A stretch of DNA of 64,000 nucleotides, from the NCBI GenBank assembly GCA_965204755.1, contig OZ242011.1, positions 1,568,001 through 1,632,000 of the forward strand, written 5' to 3'. Within the stretch, counting starts at the first letter, position 1, and every line of letters starts with the position of its first letter. Shown here in pieces: positions 36,954 through 47,401 of this stretch. Below the pieces are notes generated by a model that did not search any database, was not told where the DNA came from, and saw only the letters and a program-made list of their open reading frames with translations. Origin of the DNA: Candidatus Marinacidobacterium sp. GTDB taxonomy: Bacteria > Acidobacteriota > Vicinamibacteria > Marinacidobacterales > Marinacidobacteraceae. The translations under genes and the position numbers were made by a program.

Positions 36954-37997
36954 TCAGGAGCGGCGCGGAGGGGCGGAGAACCCTTCGGCGAAGAATTCCC
37001 GGACGGCGTCCGCGGCGCGGGCGAAGAGTTCGCGCTGGCCGCCGGCGCCGGCGCCTCCGGTGTGCGGCGCCAGCACCGTGCGCGGGGCGTCCGCGAGCGG
37101 ATGGCCGGCGGGGAGCGGTTCTTCGCGGAAGACATCGAGACCGGCGCCGGCGAGTCTTCCGTCCCGCAGCCGTTCCGCCAGCGCCGACTCGTCCACCAGC
37201 CCGCCGCGGGCGGTGTTGACGAGGACGGCGCCCGGCTTCATCCGGTCGAGCGCCGCGGCGTCGAGCAGGTTCTCCGTGTCGTCGGTGTGCGGCAGGTGGA
37301 GGCTCACGATGTCGCTCCCGGCGAGCAGCGCGTCGAGCGAAGGGGCCGGCTCGGCGCGGAGCCGCCGGTTCCAGCCGGCGGGAAGCGGGCGCCGCATGAA
37401 GTAGCGGACGCGCATCCCGAACCCGAGCGCCCGGCGGGCGACTTCCTGGCCGATGGCGCCGAAGCCGACCAGCCCCAGCGTCCGGCCGTCGAGGACGAAC
37501 GGTTCCGGGAAAGTCCCGCCGTCGCCCCGCAGCCAGTGGAAGGCGAAGGACCGCTCCGTCGTGGCCTTCGGCTCGAGCGAGAGGCGGCGGTAGTCGCCCG
37601 CGCGGACTCCCCGGTCGCCTTCCACGATCCGGCGGGCCACGGCGAGCAGCAGCGCCAGCGCGTGGTCGGCGACGGCGACGGCGCCGGGGTGCGGGACGGC
37701 GGCGAGGGCCGCGCCGGCGGCGCGGACGGCGCGCTCCCGAACGGCGGTGGGGTTTCGGCCGAGGGAGACGACGAGGCGCGGGCGCCCGGCGAGGCGGAGT
37801 TCCCGCGCTCCCAGCGGGCGCCGGCGGGCGATGAGGGCGTCGGCGCCGGGGAGCGCGGCTTCCACGGCGGCGCGGGAGTCGTCCTCCGGCAGGCGGAGGT
37901 CGAATTCGGCGAGCGCGTCGGCGGCGACCCGGCGGACGGCCTCCGGCGGGAAGTCCGCGAACGCGACCCGCGGCGTCTTCGGTTCGCCGGCGGTCAC
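36954..37997 (-). CDS. D-isomer-specific 2-hydroxyacid dehydrogenase
   Basis: GLVGFGAIG, VSLHLP, LVNTARG, LDVFREEP, APHTGG; GTGA overlap with the upstream gene. Confidence 0.9.
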   Translation of the reverse strand: MTAGEPKTPRVAFADFPPEAVRRVAADALAEFDLRLPEDDSRAAVEAALPGADALIARRRPLGARELRLAGRPRLVVSLGRNPTAVRERAVRAAGAALAAVPHPGAVAVADHALALLLAVARRIVEGDRGVRAGDYRRLSLEPKATTERSFAFHWLRGDGGTFPEPFVLDGRTLGLVGFGAIGQEVARRALGFGMRVRYFMRRPLPAGWNRRLRAEPAPSLDALLAGSDIVSLHLPHTDDTENLLDAAALDRMKPGAVLVNTARGGLVDESALAERLRDGRLAGAGLDVFREEPLPAGHPLADAPRTVLAPHTGGAGAGGQRELFARAADAVREFFAEGFSAPPRRS

Positions 37998-38947
37998 AGG
38001 ACCACGAAACCGGCGTAAGCCGCGTAGGCGGCGACCAGCAGCGCGCCTTCGAGTCGGCGCACCCGCCTCCCGGTGAGCATGAAGAAGCCGGCGAGCAGGG
38101 TGATGGCGAGAACGCCCGGGATCTCGGCGGCGGCGAGCGCCGGGTCCACCGCGACCGGCACGGCGGCCGCGGAGAGCCCGAGCGCGCCGAGCACATTGAA
38201 CAGGTTGCTCCCGATGACATTCCCGGCGGCCATCTGCACCTGCCCGCTGCGCACCGCCGCGATGGAGGCCGCGAGTTCCGGGAGGCTGGTGCCGAGCGCG
38301 ACCAGGGTGAATCCGATGGTGGTCTCGGAGACGCCCAGCCCGCGCGCGATGTCCGAGGCGCCGCGCACCAGCAGGTCCGCACCGACCAGCAGGACGAGCA
38401 GGCCGAGCGAAGTGAGCCCGAGGTGTTTCCCGAGCGGTTCTCCCGAGGCGCCGGTGGCGTCGCCGCCGGCCGGCGCCGCCTCCGGGTTCCCGTCCGTCCG
38501 CCGGCCCCAACGCACGGAGACGAAGTTGAAGCCGGCCAGCCCGACGAGGAACAGCAGACCGGCGGTCCGCGGGATCGAACCGTAGGCGGCGAACGGCCAC
38601 AGGAGCGCGGTCGCAAGCAGCATCAGGGCGAACTCGCGCCGCATCACCCCGCGGCCGACGGTGAACGGCTGCGCGAGCGCGGTGATTCCCAGGATCAACC
38701 CCAGGTTCGCCGCGTTGCTGCCGATCACATTGCCCACCGCGAGCCCCGGACTCTCCCGGAGGACCGCGATCAGGCTGGCCCCGATCTCCGGCGCGGAGGT
38801 CCCGTAGGCCACCACCGTGAGCCCGATCACCAGCGGCGTCACCCGGAACCGCCGCGCGAGCCCCGACGACCCGTCCACCAACCAGTCCGCCCCCTTGGCG
38901 AGGCCGACCAACCCGACGCCGGCGAAGACCCAGGAAACCAGTGACAA
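37994..38947 (-). CDS. Calcium/sodium antiporter (YrbG/CaCA family)
   Basis: Two alpha-repeats GTSAPE...GNVIGSN and GTSLPE...GNVIGSN. Confidence 0.92.
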   Translation of the reverse strand: MSLVSWVFAGVGLVGLAKGADWLVDGSSGLARRFRVTPLVIGLTVVAYGTSAPEIGASLIAVLRESPGLAVGNVIGSNAANLGLILGITALAQPFTVGRGVMRREFALMLLATALLWPFAAYGSIPRTAGLLFLVGLAGFNFVSVRWGRRTDGNPEAAPAGGDATGASGEPLGKHLGLTSLGLLVLLVGADLLVRGASDIARGLGVSETTIGFTLVALGTSLPELAASIAAVRSGQVQMAAGNVIGSNLFNVLGALGLSAAAVPVAVDPALAAAEIPGVLAITLLAGFFMLTGRRVRRLEGALLVAAYAAYAGFVVL

Positions 38948-39017
38948 CGCCGCCCGCCGCCGAAGTGTACGGGCTACGGGATCGGGTCGGAGAACCCGGG
39001 TCGCCGGCGCGGTTCGA

Positions 39018-39434
39018 TCAGCGCCCCGGCGTCGGGTTCGCCCCGCATACCGCTTCCGCGGCCTTCCGCGCGACGGAGAGCAGTCCCTCCACCTCCCGCC
39101 GCGCCCGCGCGCGATCCACCGGGAACGCCTTGACCTCTTCGGCGTCGCAGCGGAATTCGACGGCGTACGGGGTGTACTCGCCCAGGCTCGCGAAGTCGGC
39201 GGCGCGCGGCTCGTGGGCCTTCAAGAGGGCCACGAGGCGCTTGAGATCGCGGGTCGTGGGGTATCGGTGTCCCAGCAGCGCGATCCACGCCTTGAGCGCC
39301 TTCTCGGCCGCCTGCTGGACATGGAACCCGAAGACCTCGTCGGCGAATACCGCGGTGTCCGTCATGCCGCGGAGAGCCGCGAAGTCACGCTCCGCCGCGA
39401 GGAGCAACTTGCTCGCGCACTTGCCGTCGCTCAT
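39018..39434 (-). CDS. HEPN domain protein
   Basis: FGFHVQQAAEKALKAWI...YPTTRDL...YAVEFR. Confidence 0.85.
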   Translation of the reverse strand: MSDGKCASKLLLAAERDFAALRGMTDTAVFADEVFGFHVQQAAEKALKAWIALLGHRYPTTRDLKRLVALLKAHEPRAADFASLGEYTPYAVEFRCDAEEVKAFPVDRARARREVEGLLSVARKAAEAVCGANPTPGR

Positions 39435-39525
39435 GGAGCGCGACCCCCTCCCGAGGGGCGCTGCTCCGGATCCACTTCGTCCACGATGGCCTGCGCCATT
39501 CGGCGCAGCAGCGGATCCTTCAGGA
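39431..39525 (-). pseudogene. Collapsed nucleotidyltransferase (MNT) remnant
   Basis: DPLLRRMAQAIVDEVDPEQ joined directly to a copy of the MNT 3' end; matches 40531-40588 and 40272-40307. Confidence 0.7.
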
Positions 39526-40233
39526 GCGGGCGCGCCGGACATCGCCGTCCACCTTGACGAATACCAGGAAGTAGGAATGGTTTTTCCGCGCGTGAACTTG
39601 TTTCAGCAATCGGCTGACGCCGGGCCGATTCGGCCGGACGACGATGAAGAGGTCCTTGCAGTAGAACCCCATCCGGGCGTACTCGTTGATGATCTCCACA
39701 TGGGTCAGGTTCTGCCGGTTGGCGCTGACTTCGTCCTGGCATTTGACGATGAGCGTTCCCCGCGGCCTCAGCACCCTGCGCGCTTCGCGTCCGCCTTCCA
39801 CATAGAAGTCGAGCACCGCCGCGTGCCAGCGGCGCCCGTTCGGGCGCGGGCTCTCGTCGCCGCTGGAATAGTGGTTTCGAAACGCTCCGTGAGTTCCCGC
39901 GCCGGCCTTGGTCGCGTCGTTGTTGCGGAAGAAACCTTCCATGTAGGGCGGATCGAAGACCACGGCGTCGAAGGACTCGTCTTCGTAGGGAAGATCCCGA
40001 CAGTCCGTGCCGCTCGCCAGATCGGACGGATGGAAGTCGTAGGCGTTCTCGTCCACGCGCTTCCAGAACACGCCCTTGCCGAAGGTGACATCGGCGATCT
40101 TCGCGCCGGCCTCGACATGGAGTTCGAGGAGCCGCGGAAAGACTTGGTCGTTCGTCCCGGTGTATGCCGAAACCACCAAGTCGCTGGACGGGGATCCGGC
40201 GGGAGGCCGCCGTCCCGAGGAAGTCGGTTCCAC
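39520..40233 (-). CDS. DNA amino-methyltransferase (DPPY type)
   Basis: [12 protein letters not shown] (SAM motif) followed by VVFDPPY; [15 protein letters not shown]. Confidence 0.82.
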   Translation of the reverse strand: MEPTSSGRRPPAGSPSSDLVVSAYTGTNDQVFPRLLELHVEAGAKIADVTFGKGVFWKRVDENAYDFHPSDLASGTDCRDLPYEDESFDAVVFDPPYMEGFFRNNDATKAGAGTHGAFRNHYSSGDESPRPNGRRWHAAVLDFYVEGGREARRVLRPRGTLIVKCQDEVSANRQNLTHVEIINEYARMGFYCKDLFIVVRPNRPGVSRLLKQVHARKNHSYFLVFVKVDGDVRRARS

Positions 40234-40254
40234 GGCCTCGCGGATCGAATGGGG

Positions 40255-40669
40255 TTATGCGCCGGCCCGGGGTCGCTCGTAGAGCACGACTCCCTCCCGG
40301 AGCGCGCGAGCCAGCACATGGTTGATCGAGTCGCCCCAGTATTCGACTTCGTCCAAGCTGTACACCAAGACATCGCTCGGTACCGGGAACGGCCGGAGAG
40401 CGTTGTCCAACCGGTGCATCTCCGCGCGCCGGCTGCGGCGGGTCCCGAACGGCTCCCGCTCCACGACGATCAGGTCCACATCGGAGTCGGGCCCCGACTC
40501 CCCGCGCGCCCGGGACCCGAAGAGGATCACCTGCTCCGGATCCGCTTCGTCCACGAGAGCCCGCGCCATCGCCCGGATCAGGGCGTCGACGCCCGGCCGG
40601 TCGTTCCTGGCGTCACCCGCCTCGTCCGGCGGTCGCGCAACGGAGGCGAGGTCTCCGACGCCGGCGCAT
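40255..40669 (-). CDS. Minimal nucleotidyltransferase (MNT antitoxin)
   Basis: VILFGSRARGESGPDSDVDL (GSx10DxD); ALREGVVLYE; start uncertain (alternative 40710). Confidence 0.88.
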
Positions 40670-40903
40670 GACGGGGCCGCGGGTCGGCGTCCGCGCCCGT
40701 CGCCCGTCATGGTGTCGTCCCCCGGGCAAGCCTAACGGCGGGCCGGCGGGATAGACTGACCGGCGGAACATCCGGCGGTCGTGGATCGTAGGCGCGGGCG
40801 CGCCGCGTCCTTGTTGAGGGCTTCACCGAGGGCTTCCCGGCCCGGCGACGAGAGGGGCCGGAACCGGCCCCGACGAACGGAAGACACCAGGAGACGACGA
40901 CCG

Positions 40904-42688
40904 ATGGACTACGGCGAAACCGCCGACCGGCCGCCCCGGCCGCGCCCGGCTCGCCCGTCGCGCCCGGCTCGCCCGTCGCGCCCGGCTCGCCCGCCGCGCC
41001 CGGCTCGCCCGCCGGGGCGGGCGCGGGCCGGGGCGGCCGTCTTCGCGTTGCTCGCCGGGGCGGCCTCGACCGCAGCGCCGGCGGCGGCCCAGACCGTCGT
41101 CCCGACCGAATCGGCGGGCCGGGACTTCGACTTCGCGCACCGCCGTTCCGAACTGCCGCCGGACCGCATCCTCGACCAATACCGCGACCTCCTCGAACAG
41201 GAGACCCTGGCGTTCACCATCGCGCAGGCGGTGGAAGTCGCCAGCGTGCTGCACCCGGAGATCCGCCGCCACCGGGAGCGGCTGGCGGAGTACCCGTCGC
41301 TGGTGCGGGCGGCGCGGGCCGACTACCTGCCGCAACTCGACCTCACGCTCCAGATGGCGCAGACGCGCGATCCGGGATTCCGCAACAGCCCGTTCTTCTC
41401 CCGCCTGCTGGACGACCCCGTAGCCGCCGAGGCGGGCGGCTTCGGCGGCGGCGACCCCTCCGCGTTCGCCGGCGCCTTCACCTTCGGCACCTACCTCTGG
41501 AACTTCCAACTGAACCAGACGCTGTGGAGTTTCCGCTTCCGGCCGGCGATGGACGCGGTGGACCTCGGCCGGGCGATCGCCACCTCCGAACTGAACGAGG
41601 CGGAGAACCGCATCGCGCGGGACACCGCCGCGCGGCTCTACGCCTACCTGCTCGGGGAGCGCACCCGCGAGGTGCTGGCCCGCGCGCTGGAAACCAGGGA
41701 ACGCGGCCTCGAACTGGCGCGGGCGCGGCTGGAACTCGGGGCCGGGGCGCGGCTGGATGTGCTCCGGGAGCGCGTGGCCGTCTCCCGGCTCCGCCGCCAG
41801 TTGGCGGACGCCGAAGAAGGGCTGCGGGTGGAGCGCGCCGGCATCAACGCCCTCGTGGGGCGCGCGCAGGACCGGGAGATCGAGGTGCTGGACCGACTCG
41901 CGCTGCCGAACCCGCTCCCGCGGATGCTCCCGCCGGCGGCGCTGATGGAGATCGCCACCCTGCGGCGGCCGCAACTGCGCCGGCACTCGCTCGACCGGGA
42001 GCGGTTGACGACCGAGCGGCGGCTGACCTCGGCGGACTCGCTGCCGGTGGTGCGGGCGAACGCCTCCTACGGCATCAACACCTTCACGCCGGAGAACACC
42101 TACGACTTCTCGCTCCACAACTGGAACGCCGGGGTCACCCTGACCTGGAGCCTCTTCGACGGGCTGGGCACGGGCTCCCGCCTGCGGAGCCTGCGGTCGC
42201 AGGAGACCCAGGCGGAGTGGGAGCAGGTCGAGTTCGAGTCCACCCTGGAAGTCCTGCTCCGCCAGGCGTCCGCCGACTGGAACGGCGCGCTCGCCGCGCT
42301 CGAAGAGGCGGCGCTCGCGCTCGAAGAGGCCGCGGAAGCGGAGCGGGTCGCCGGCGAGGAGCGGGACGCCGGCGCCGCGACCGGCCACTGGGTGATGGAG
42401 GCCGCGCAGGCCCGCCGCGAGGTGGAACTGGAACTGGCGCAGCACACCCACGACGCGCTGGCGGCGCTCGCCGAAGTGAAGTTCCTGGTCGGCTATCCCG
42501 CGCACGCTCCCCACTCGGTGATCGCGGATACCCCGTCCGTCGCCCCGGCCCCGTCCGTCGCACCGGCCCCCGCCGAGTCCACCGAGTCCGGAGCGCCGGC
42601 GCCCGAACCCGCCGTCGGCGGCGGCCGCGCGCCTCCGGGCCCCGGCCCCGCCTCCGACCCCGAGACCCCGACGGAGAACCCGAGTTGA
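40904..42688 (+). CDS. TolC-family outer membrane efflux protein
   Basis: ARADYLPQLDL, GVTLTWSLFDG; first gene of an OMF-MFP-RND operon. Confidence 0.85.
   Translation: MDYGETADRPPRPRPARPSRPARPSRPARPPRPARPPGRARAGAAVFALLAGAASTAAPAAAQTVVPTESAGRDFDFAHRRSELPPDRILDQYRDLLEQETLAFTIAQAVEVASVLHPEIRRHRERLAEYPSLVRAARADYLPQLDLTLQMAQTRDPGFRNSPFFSRLLDDPVAAEAGGFGGGDPSAFAGAFTFGTYLWNFQLNQTLWSFRFRPAMDAVDLGRAIATSELNEAENRIARDTAARLYAYLLGERTREVLARALETRERGLELARARLELGAGARLDVLRERVAVSRLRRQLADAEEGLRVERAGINALVGRAQDREIEVLDRLALPNPLPRMLPPAALMEIATLRRPQLRRHSLDRERLTTERRLTSADSLPVVRANASYGINTFTPENTYDFSLHNWNAGVTLTWSLFDGLGTGSRLRSLRSQETQAEWEQVEFESTLEVLLRQASADWNGALAALEEAALALEEAAEAERVAGEERDAGAATGHWVMEAAQARREVELELAQHTHDALAALAEVKFLVGYPAHAPHSVIADTPSVAPAPSVAPAPAESTESGAPAPEPAVGGGRAPPGPGPASDPETPTENPS
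40943..41014 (+). repeat. 18-bp tandem repeat x4 (RPARPS/P) in the TolC N-terminus
   Basis: cgcccggctcgcccg(t/c)cg four times. Confidence 0.9.
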
Positions 42689-43860
42689 ACACCACCCCAT
42701 ACGAAAACCCGCGGCGCGGCCCCTGTTGGCGCCGGCAACGGCCGGCCGCCCCGTTCGCTTCCGTCTTTCCCGCTTCGCTCGCTGTCGGTTTGGTTGCCGC
42801 CGGTTTGCTCGCCGCCGGCTGCGCCGGGGAGAGCGGCCTCGCCAGCGAGGCGGACGCGCCCGCGGCGGACGAGTTCCGCACCGCGGTCGCCGTCGCCCCG
42901 ATCACTCCCGAGACGCTGACGGATTCGCTGGAGATCTCCGGCCGGCTGGAGCCGCGGGCCGTCGTCCACATCGCCTCCGAACTCGGCGGGCGGGTGGAGG
43001 AAGTGCTCTTCGACAAGGGGGACGCCGTTTCCGCCGGCCAGACCCTGACCCGCGTCGGCTCCGACCTGCTCGGGGCGGCCCTCGCCGAGGCGGAGGCGGA
43101 AGTCGAAGCCGCCCGCATCGAGCGGGACCGCGCCGAGGCGCTGGTGGAGCGCGAAGCCAGCCCCCGGCAGTCCCTCGACGCCGCCGACGCGAACCTGAAC
43201 CGGGCGCTCGCCCGCCTGGAGGCGGCGCGGCTGCGCTTCGAGCGCGCCACCGTCGCTTCCCCGGCGAACGGCGTGGTCGTCGAACGCGCCCTCGAGCCGG
43301 GCGAAGTGCTGGCGCCGGGCAGCCCGGTGGCCACCCTCCACGACACTTCGGTGCTGGTGGCCACCATCGGCATCCCCGAACAGGACATCACCTTCTTCTC
43401 CGAAGGGGCGCCGGCGGAAGTGGTCCTCGACGCCTACGACGGCCGGACGGTCGCCGGGCGGATCAGTTACATCGCGCCGGCCGCCGCGCGCCCGGGGCGG
43501 AACTTCACCGCCGAGATCGAGGTCCCGAATCCGGACGGCGGGCTCCGCTCCGGACTGGTCGTCCGCGCGCGCCTCGAGCGCCGCGTCTTCCGGGACGCGG
43601 TGGTCGTCGGCCGGGACCTGCTGGTGGAGCGCGACGGCGCCCTGCTGGCCTTCGTCTTCCGCCCGGAGAACGGCGCCGCCGCCGGCCGGGCGGAACAGCG
43701 GGAAGTGACCATCGGCCCCGACCAGGAGGACCGCGTGGTCGTTCTTTCCGGCCTCGAAGTCGGCGAGACGCTCATCGTCCGGGGCCACCGCAACCTGCTC
43801 GACGGCCAGCCGGTGCGGCTGACCGGGGACGGCGGCGCCCGCCCGGCGCCGGCGAACTGA
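42685..43860 (+). CDS. RND efflux periplasmic adaptor (MFP)
   Basis: LAAGC lipobox; IASELGGRVEEVLFDKGDAV, VASPANGVV, LRSGLVVR; start uncertain. Confidence 0.88.
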   Translation: MNTTPYENPRRGPCWRRQRPAAPFASVFPASLAVGLVAAGLLAAGCAGESGLASEADAPAADEFRTAVAVAPITPETLTDSLEISGRLEPRAVVHIASELGGRVEEVLFDKGDAVSAGQTLTRVGSDLLGAALAEAEAEVEAARIERDRAEALVEREASPRQSLDAADANLNRALARLEAARLRFERATVASPANGVVVERALEPGEVLAPGSPVATLHDTSVLVATIGIPEQDITFFSEGAPAEVVLDAYDGRTVAGRISYIAPAAARPGRNFTAEIEVPNPDGGLRSGLVVRARLERRVFRDAVVVGRDLLVERDGALLAFVFRPENGAAAGRAEQREVTIGPDQEDRVVVLSGLEVGETLIVRGHRNLLDGQPVRLTGDGGARPAPAN

Positions 43861-43915
43861 CCGCCCCGACCACCCTGACCGGGACGGCAGGCGCGCCCCT
43901 CCGGAACCGAGACCG

Positions 43916-46900
43916 ATGAGAGTCACCCGCTACGCGATCCGGCACCGGCTGTCGGTCTATTTCCTGATCCTGATCTTCTGCCTCGGCGGAGTCGGCGTCT
44001 ATGTCTCGCTGCCGCGCGAGTCGTTCCCCGAAGTCGAGATCCCGCTCGTCGTCGTGTACACGGTCTATCCGGGCGTCAGTCCGACGGACATGGAGACGCT
44101 GGTCACCCGGCCGATCGAAACCGAGTTGAAGGCGATCTCCGGCGTCAAGGAGATCCGCTCGACGACCAGCGAAGGGCTCTCCAGCATCGAAGTCGAGTTC
44201 AACCCGGAACAGGACCTGGAAACGGCGCTGGCCAATGTCCGCGACAAGGTGGACCTGGCGAAACCCGACCTGCCGGTGGAGGCGGAAGACCCGCGGGTGG
44301 TGGATGTGGACTTCTCGCAACTCCCGATCATGCTGGTGACGCTTTCCGGCCCGGTAGGGGTGCAGCAACTCACCGAAGTCGCCGAAGAGATGGAGGAGGA
44401 CTTCGAAGCGATTCCCGGCGTGAACCAGGTGACCGTGGTCGGCGGGCGGGAGCGCGAGGTCCATGTCCAGGTGGATCCGAAGCGCCTCTCGTACTTCGAG
44501 TTGAGCCTCTCCGACCTGGTCTTCGCGGTGGCCCGCGAGAACCGCAATGTCCCCGGCGGGGAAATCGCCGTCGGCGGTCTCGAATACCTGGTGCGCCTCC
44601 CGGCGGAGGTGCGGCGGCCGGAAGAGATCGAGGACTTCGTCGTCAAGGTGCGCGACGGCGAGCCGGTCTTCATCCGCGATGTGGCGGCGGTGGAGTTCGC
44701 CTTCGCCGACGAAGCCAGCCGCTCCCGGGTGGACCGCGAACCGTCGGTCACGCTCACCGTGGAAAAGCGCACCGGCGCGAACCTGGTGGCGGTCGCCGAT
44801 TCGGTGAACGAGGAACTCGACCGCTGGGAGGAGCAACTCCCGCCCGGCATCTCCGCCGCGGTGATCGGCGACATCTCCGTGGAGATCCGCCGGATGGTGA
44901 ACGAGTTGGAGAACAATGTGATCTCCGGCCTGTTGCTGGTGGTCGGCTGCCTGATGGCCTTCGTCGGGCTGCGGAACTCCTTCTTCGTGGGCGTGGCGAT
45001 ACCGCTCTCGATGATGCTCTCGTTCATCGTGCTCGGCTGGATCGGGTATTCCCTGAACATGATGGTGCTGTTCAGCCTGATCCTCATGCTGGGAATGCTG
45101 GTGGACAACGCGATCGTCATCGTGGAGAACATCTACCGGCACCGGGAGCACGGCGACTCCGGGCCTTCCGCCGCCTACCAGGCGACCACCGAAGTGGCGC
45201 GTCCGGTGATCGCTTCCACCATCACCACGCTGTGCGCGTTCTCGCCGCTGCTCATCTGGCCGGGAATCATCGGCGACTTCATGTCCTACCTGCCGGTGAC
45301 GCTCATCATCGGCCTCTCCGCTTCGCTCTTCGTGGCGCTCATCATCAACCCCACGCTGTGCGCCCATCTCATGGCGCCGCCGCGCCGCCGCCGGAAGAAG
45401 ACCGGCGCCGAGGCCGGGGAGCACGCCTTCCGCCGGGGCTACCGCCGCCTGCTCCGCTGGGCCCTCCGCCCCGGCGAGGACGCCGGGAGGCGGGGCTGGT
45501 TCCTCCGGAACTGGGCGCTCCCGGCGGCGTTCGTCGCCTTCCTCGGGGCGGCGGTGGCGTTCGGCCTGGTGGGGATGTTCCTGCAGACGCAGGCGCTCTA
45601 CGCGCCGGCGGCGGCGCTGGGGGCGGTGGGCGTTTTCGCCTTCGCCGCCCAGGGGGTCCTCTGGCTCGGCTGGAGCCTCGGGCGCCGCCTGGTCGGCGCC
45701 GGCCCGTACCTCACCGACCACCGCTCGGGAGTGATCTGGAGCATGTGCGCCATCCTGGTGGGGACCGCGGCGATCTACATGCAGGCGGGCAAGGGCGTCG
45801 AGTTGTTCCCCGAAGTGGAGCCGCGCCAGATCTCGGTGGATGTCTCCGCGCCCGCCGGTTCGAGTTTGGAGGCTTCCGACGCCATCGTCGAGCGGATCGA
45901 ATCCCTCACCACCGGGACGACCGACCTGCGGCACCAGATCGCCAATGTGGGCTCCACCGGGCTCAGCCTGAATCCGGGAGGCGGCGGCGGCGAGGGCGGC
46001 AGCCCCAACCTGAGCCGGGTGACCCTCTACCTGGAAGAGCGCGAGGTGCGAAAACAGCGCAACACCTTCGTCACCATGGAGGGAGTGCGCGAAGCGCTCG
46101 CCGACATCGTGGGGGCGAACATCAAGGTGGACGCCCCGCAGGACGGCCCGCCCACCGGCGCGCCGGTTTCCGTGCGCATCCTGGGAGACGAGTTGGACGA
46201 GATCAGCCGGCTTTCGGCCCAGGTGCAGGACCGCATCCGCTCGATCCCCGGACTGGTCAACCTCGACGACGACCTCGAAGAGGGCAAGCCGGAACTGCGG
46301 GTCGAAGTGGACCGCGAAGAGGCGATGCGCTCCGGGGTGAACACCCAGGTGATCGCGGCCACCGTCCAGACCGGGATCCTCGGCGCGGAGGCGTCCAAGT
46401 ACCGGGTGGGGGAGGACGAGCACGACATCCGCGTCCGGCTCGCCCCCGAAGCCCGGCGTTCGCTCGACGACATCGCCGAGTTGACGGTCCCCGACGAGGA
46501 CGGCGTGCCGATCCCCATCCGCACGGTCGCCGAACTGCGGCACGGGGTGGGCCCGGCGGCGGTGCGCCGGGTGGACCTGAACCGGGTCGCCACCATCTCC
46601 GGCGATGTGGTCCGCGAGTCCGGGCGGACGGAAGCGGGCGTCCGGGAGGAAGTGGCGGGGGTGCTGGACTCGATGGAGTGGCCTCCCGGTTACCGCTGGG
46701 AGTTCTCCGGCGCCAACGCGGAAGAGGAACAGGCCACGGCGTTCCTCTCCCGGGCCTTCGTGATCGCGCTGCTGCTCATCCTGATGGTGCTGGTGACGCA
46801 GTTCGATTCGCTGGTGCTGCCGCTCGCCATCATCACCTCGGTGGCGCTCTCGGTCATCGGGGTCCTCTGGGGGCTGATGATCACCGGCACGGCGTTCGGG

Positions 46901-47347
46901 ATCATCATGACCGGCATCGGGGTGATCTCGCTCGCCGGGATCGTGGTGAACAACGCCATCGTCCTCTGCGACTTCATCCGGCAGTTGCGGGAGAAGGGGC
47001 TCGACCGCCACGAAGCGGTCGTCGAGGCCGGCTCCATCCGGCTCCGGCCGGTGCTCCTGACCGCGGTCACCACGGTGCTCGGGCTGGTGCCGCTGACGCT
47101 GGGCCTGAACATCGACTTCTTCAACCTCTCGGTCTCCACCGGCGGCGAGAGTTCGCAGTTCTGGGCCTCGATGGGGGTGGCGGTGATCTTCGGCCTGACG
47201 GTGGCCACCGTGCTGACCCTGGTGGTCGTCCCGGTGACCTACGACAGCCTCGACGACCTGATGGAGGCGCTGGCCGGCCGGCGCCGGCGGCGGGACGAAG
47301 CCGCGGCCCCCGCCTCCGGCGGCGCCCTCTCCCCGGCGGAGTCCTGA
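43916..47347 (+). CDS. RND efflux permease (AcrB/AcrD/AcrF family)
   Basis: LPRESFPEV, GMLVDNAIVIVENI, GIVVNNAIVL, RLRPVLLT. Confidence 0.95.
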   Translation: MRVTRYAIRHRLSVYFLILIFCLGGVGVYVSLPRESFPEVEIPLVVVYTVYPGVSPTDMETLVTRPIETELKAISGVKEIRSTTSEGLSSIEVEFNPEQDLETALANVRDKVDLAKPDLPVEAEDPRVVDVDFSQLPIMLVTLSGPVGVQQLTEVAEEMEEDFEAIPGVNQVTVVGGREREVHVQVDPKRLSYFELSLSDLVFAVARENRNVPGGEIAVGGLEYLVRLPAEVRRPEEIEDFVVKVRDGEPVFIRDVAAVEFAFADEASRSRVDREPSVTLTVEKRTGANLVAVADSVNEELDRWEEQLPPGISAAVIGDISVEIRRMVNELENNVISGLLLVVGCLMAFVGLRNSFFVGVAIPLSMMLSFIVLGWIGYSLNMMVLFSLILMLGMLVDNAIVIVENIYRHREHGDSGPSAAYQATTEVARPVIASTITTLCAFSPLLIWPGIIGDFMSYLPVTLIIGLSASLFVALIINPTLCAHLMAPPRRRRKKTGAEAGEHAFRRGYRRLLRWALRPGEDAGRRGWFLRNWALPAAFVAFLGAAVAFGLVGMFLQTQALYAPAAALGAVGVFAFAAQGVLWLGWSLGRRLVGAGPYLTDHRSGVIWSMCAILVGTAAIYMQAGKGVELFPEVEPRQISVDVSAPAGSSLEASDAIVERIESLTTGTTDLRHQIANVGSTGLSLNPGGGGGEGGSPNLSRVTLYLEEREVRKQRNTFVTMEGVREALADIVGANIKVDAPQDGPPTGAPVSVRILGDELDEISRLSAQVQDRIRSIPGLVNLDDDLEEGKPELRVEVDREEAMRSGVNTQVIAATVQTGILGAEASKYRVGEDEHDIRVRLAPEARRSLDDIAELTVPDEDGVPIPIRTVAELRHGVGPAAVRRVDLNRVATISGDVVRESGRTEAGVREEVAGVLDSMEWPPGYRWEFSGANAEEEQATAFLSRAFVIALLLILMVLVTQFDSLVLPLAIITSVALSVIGVLWGLMITGTAFGIIMTGIGVISLAGIVVNNAIVLCDFIRQLREKGLDRHEAVVEAGSIRLRPVLLTAVTTVLGLVPLTLGLNIDFFNLSVSTGGESSQFWASMGVAVIFGLTVATVLTLVVVPVTYDSLDDLMEALAGRRRRRDEAAAPASGGALSPAES

Positions 47348-47401
47348 CCGGGCTCCGGGGCGGTCGGAGCGGGTAGGATTCCCCGCTTCCGAACGGGGTC
47401 A

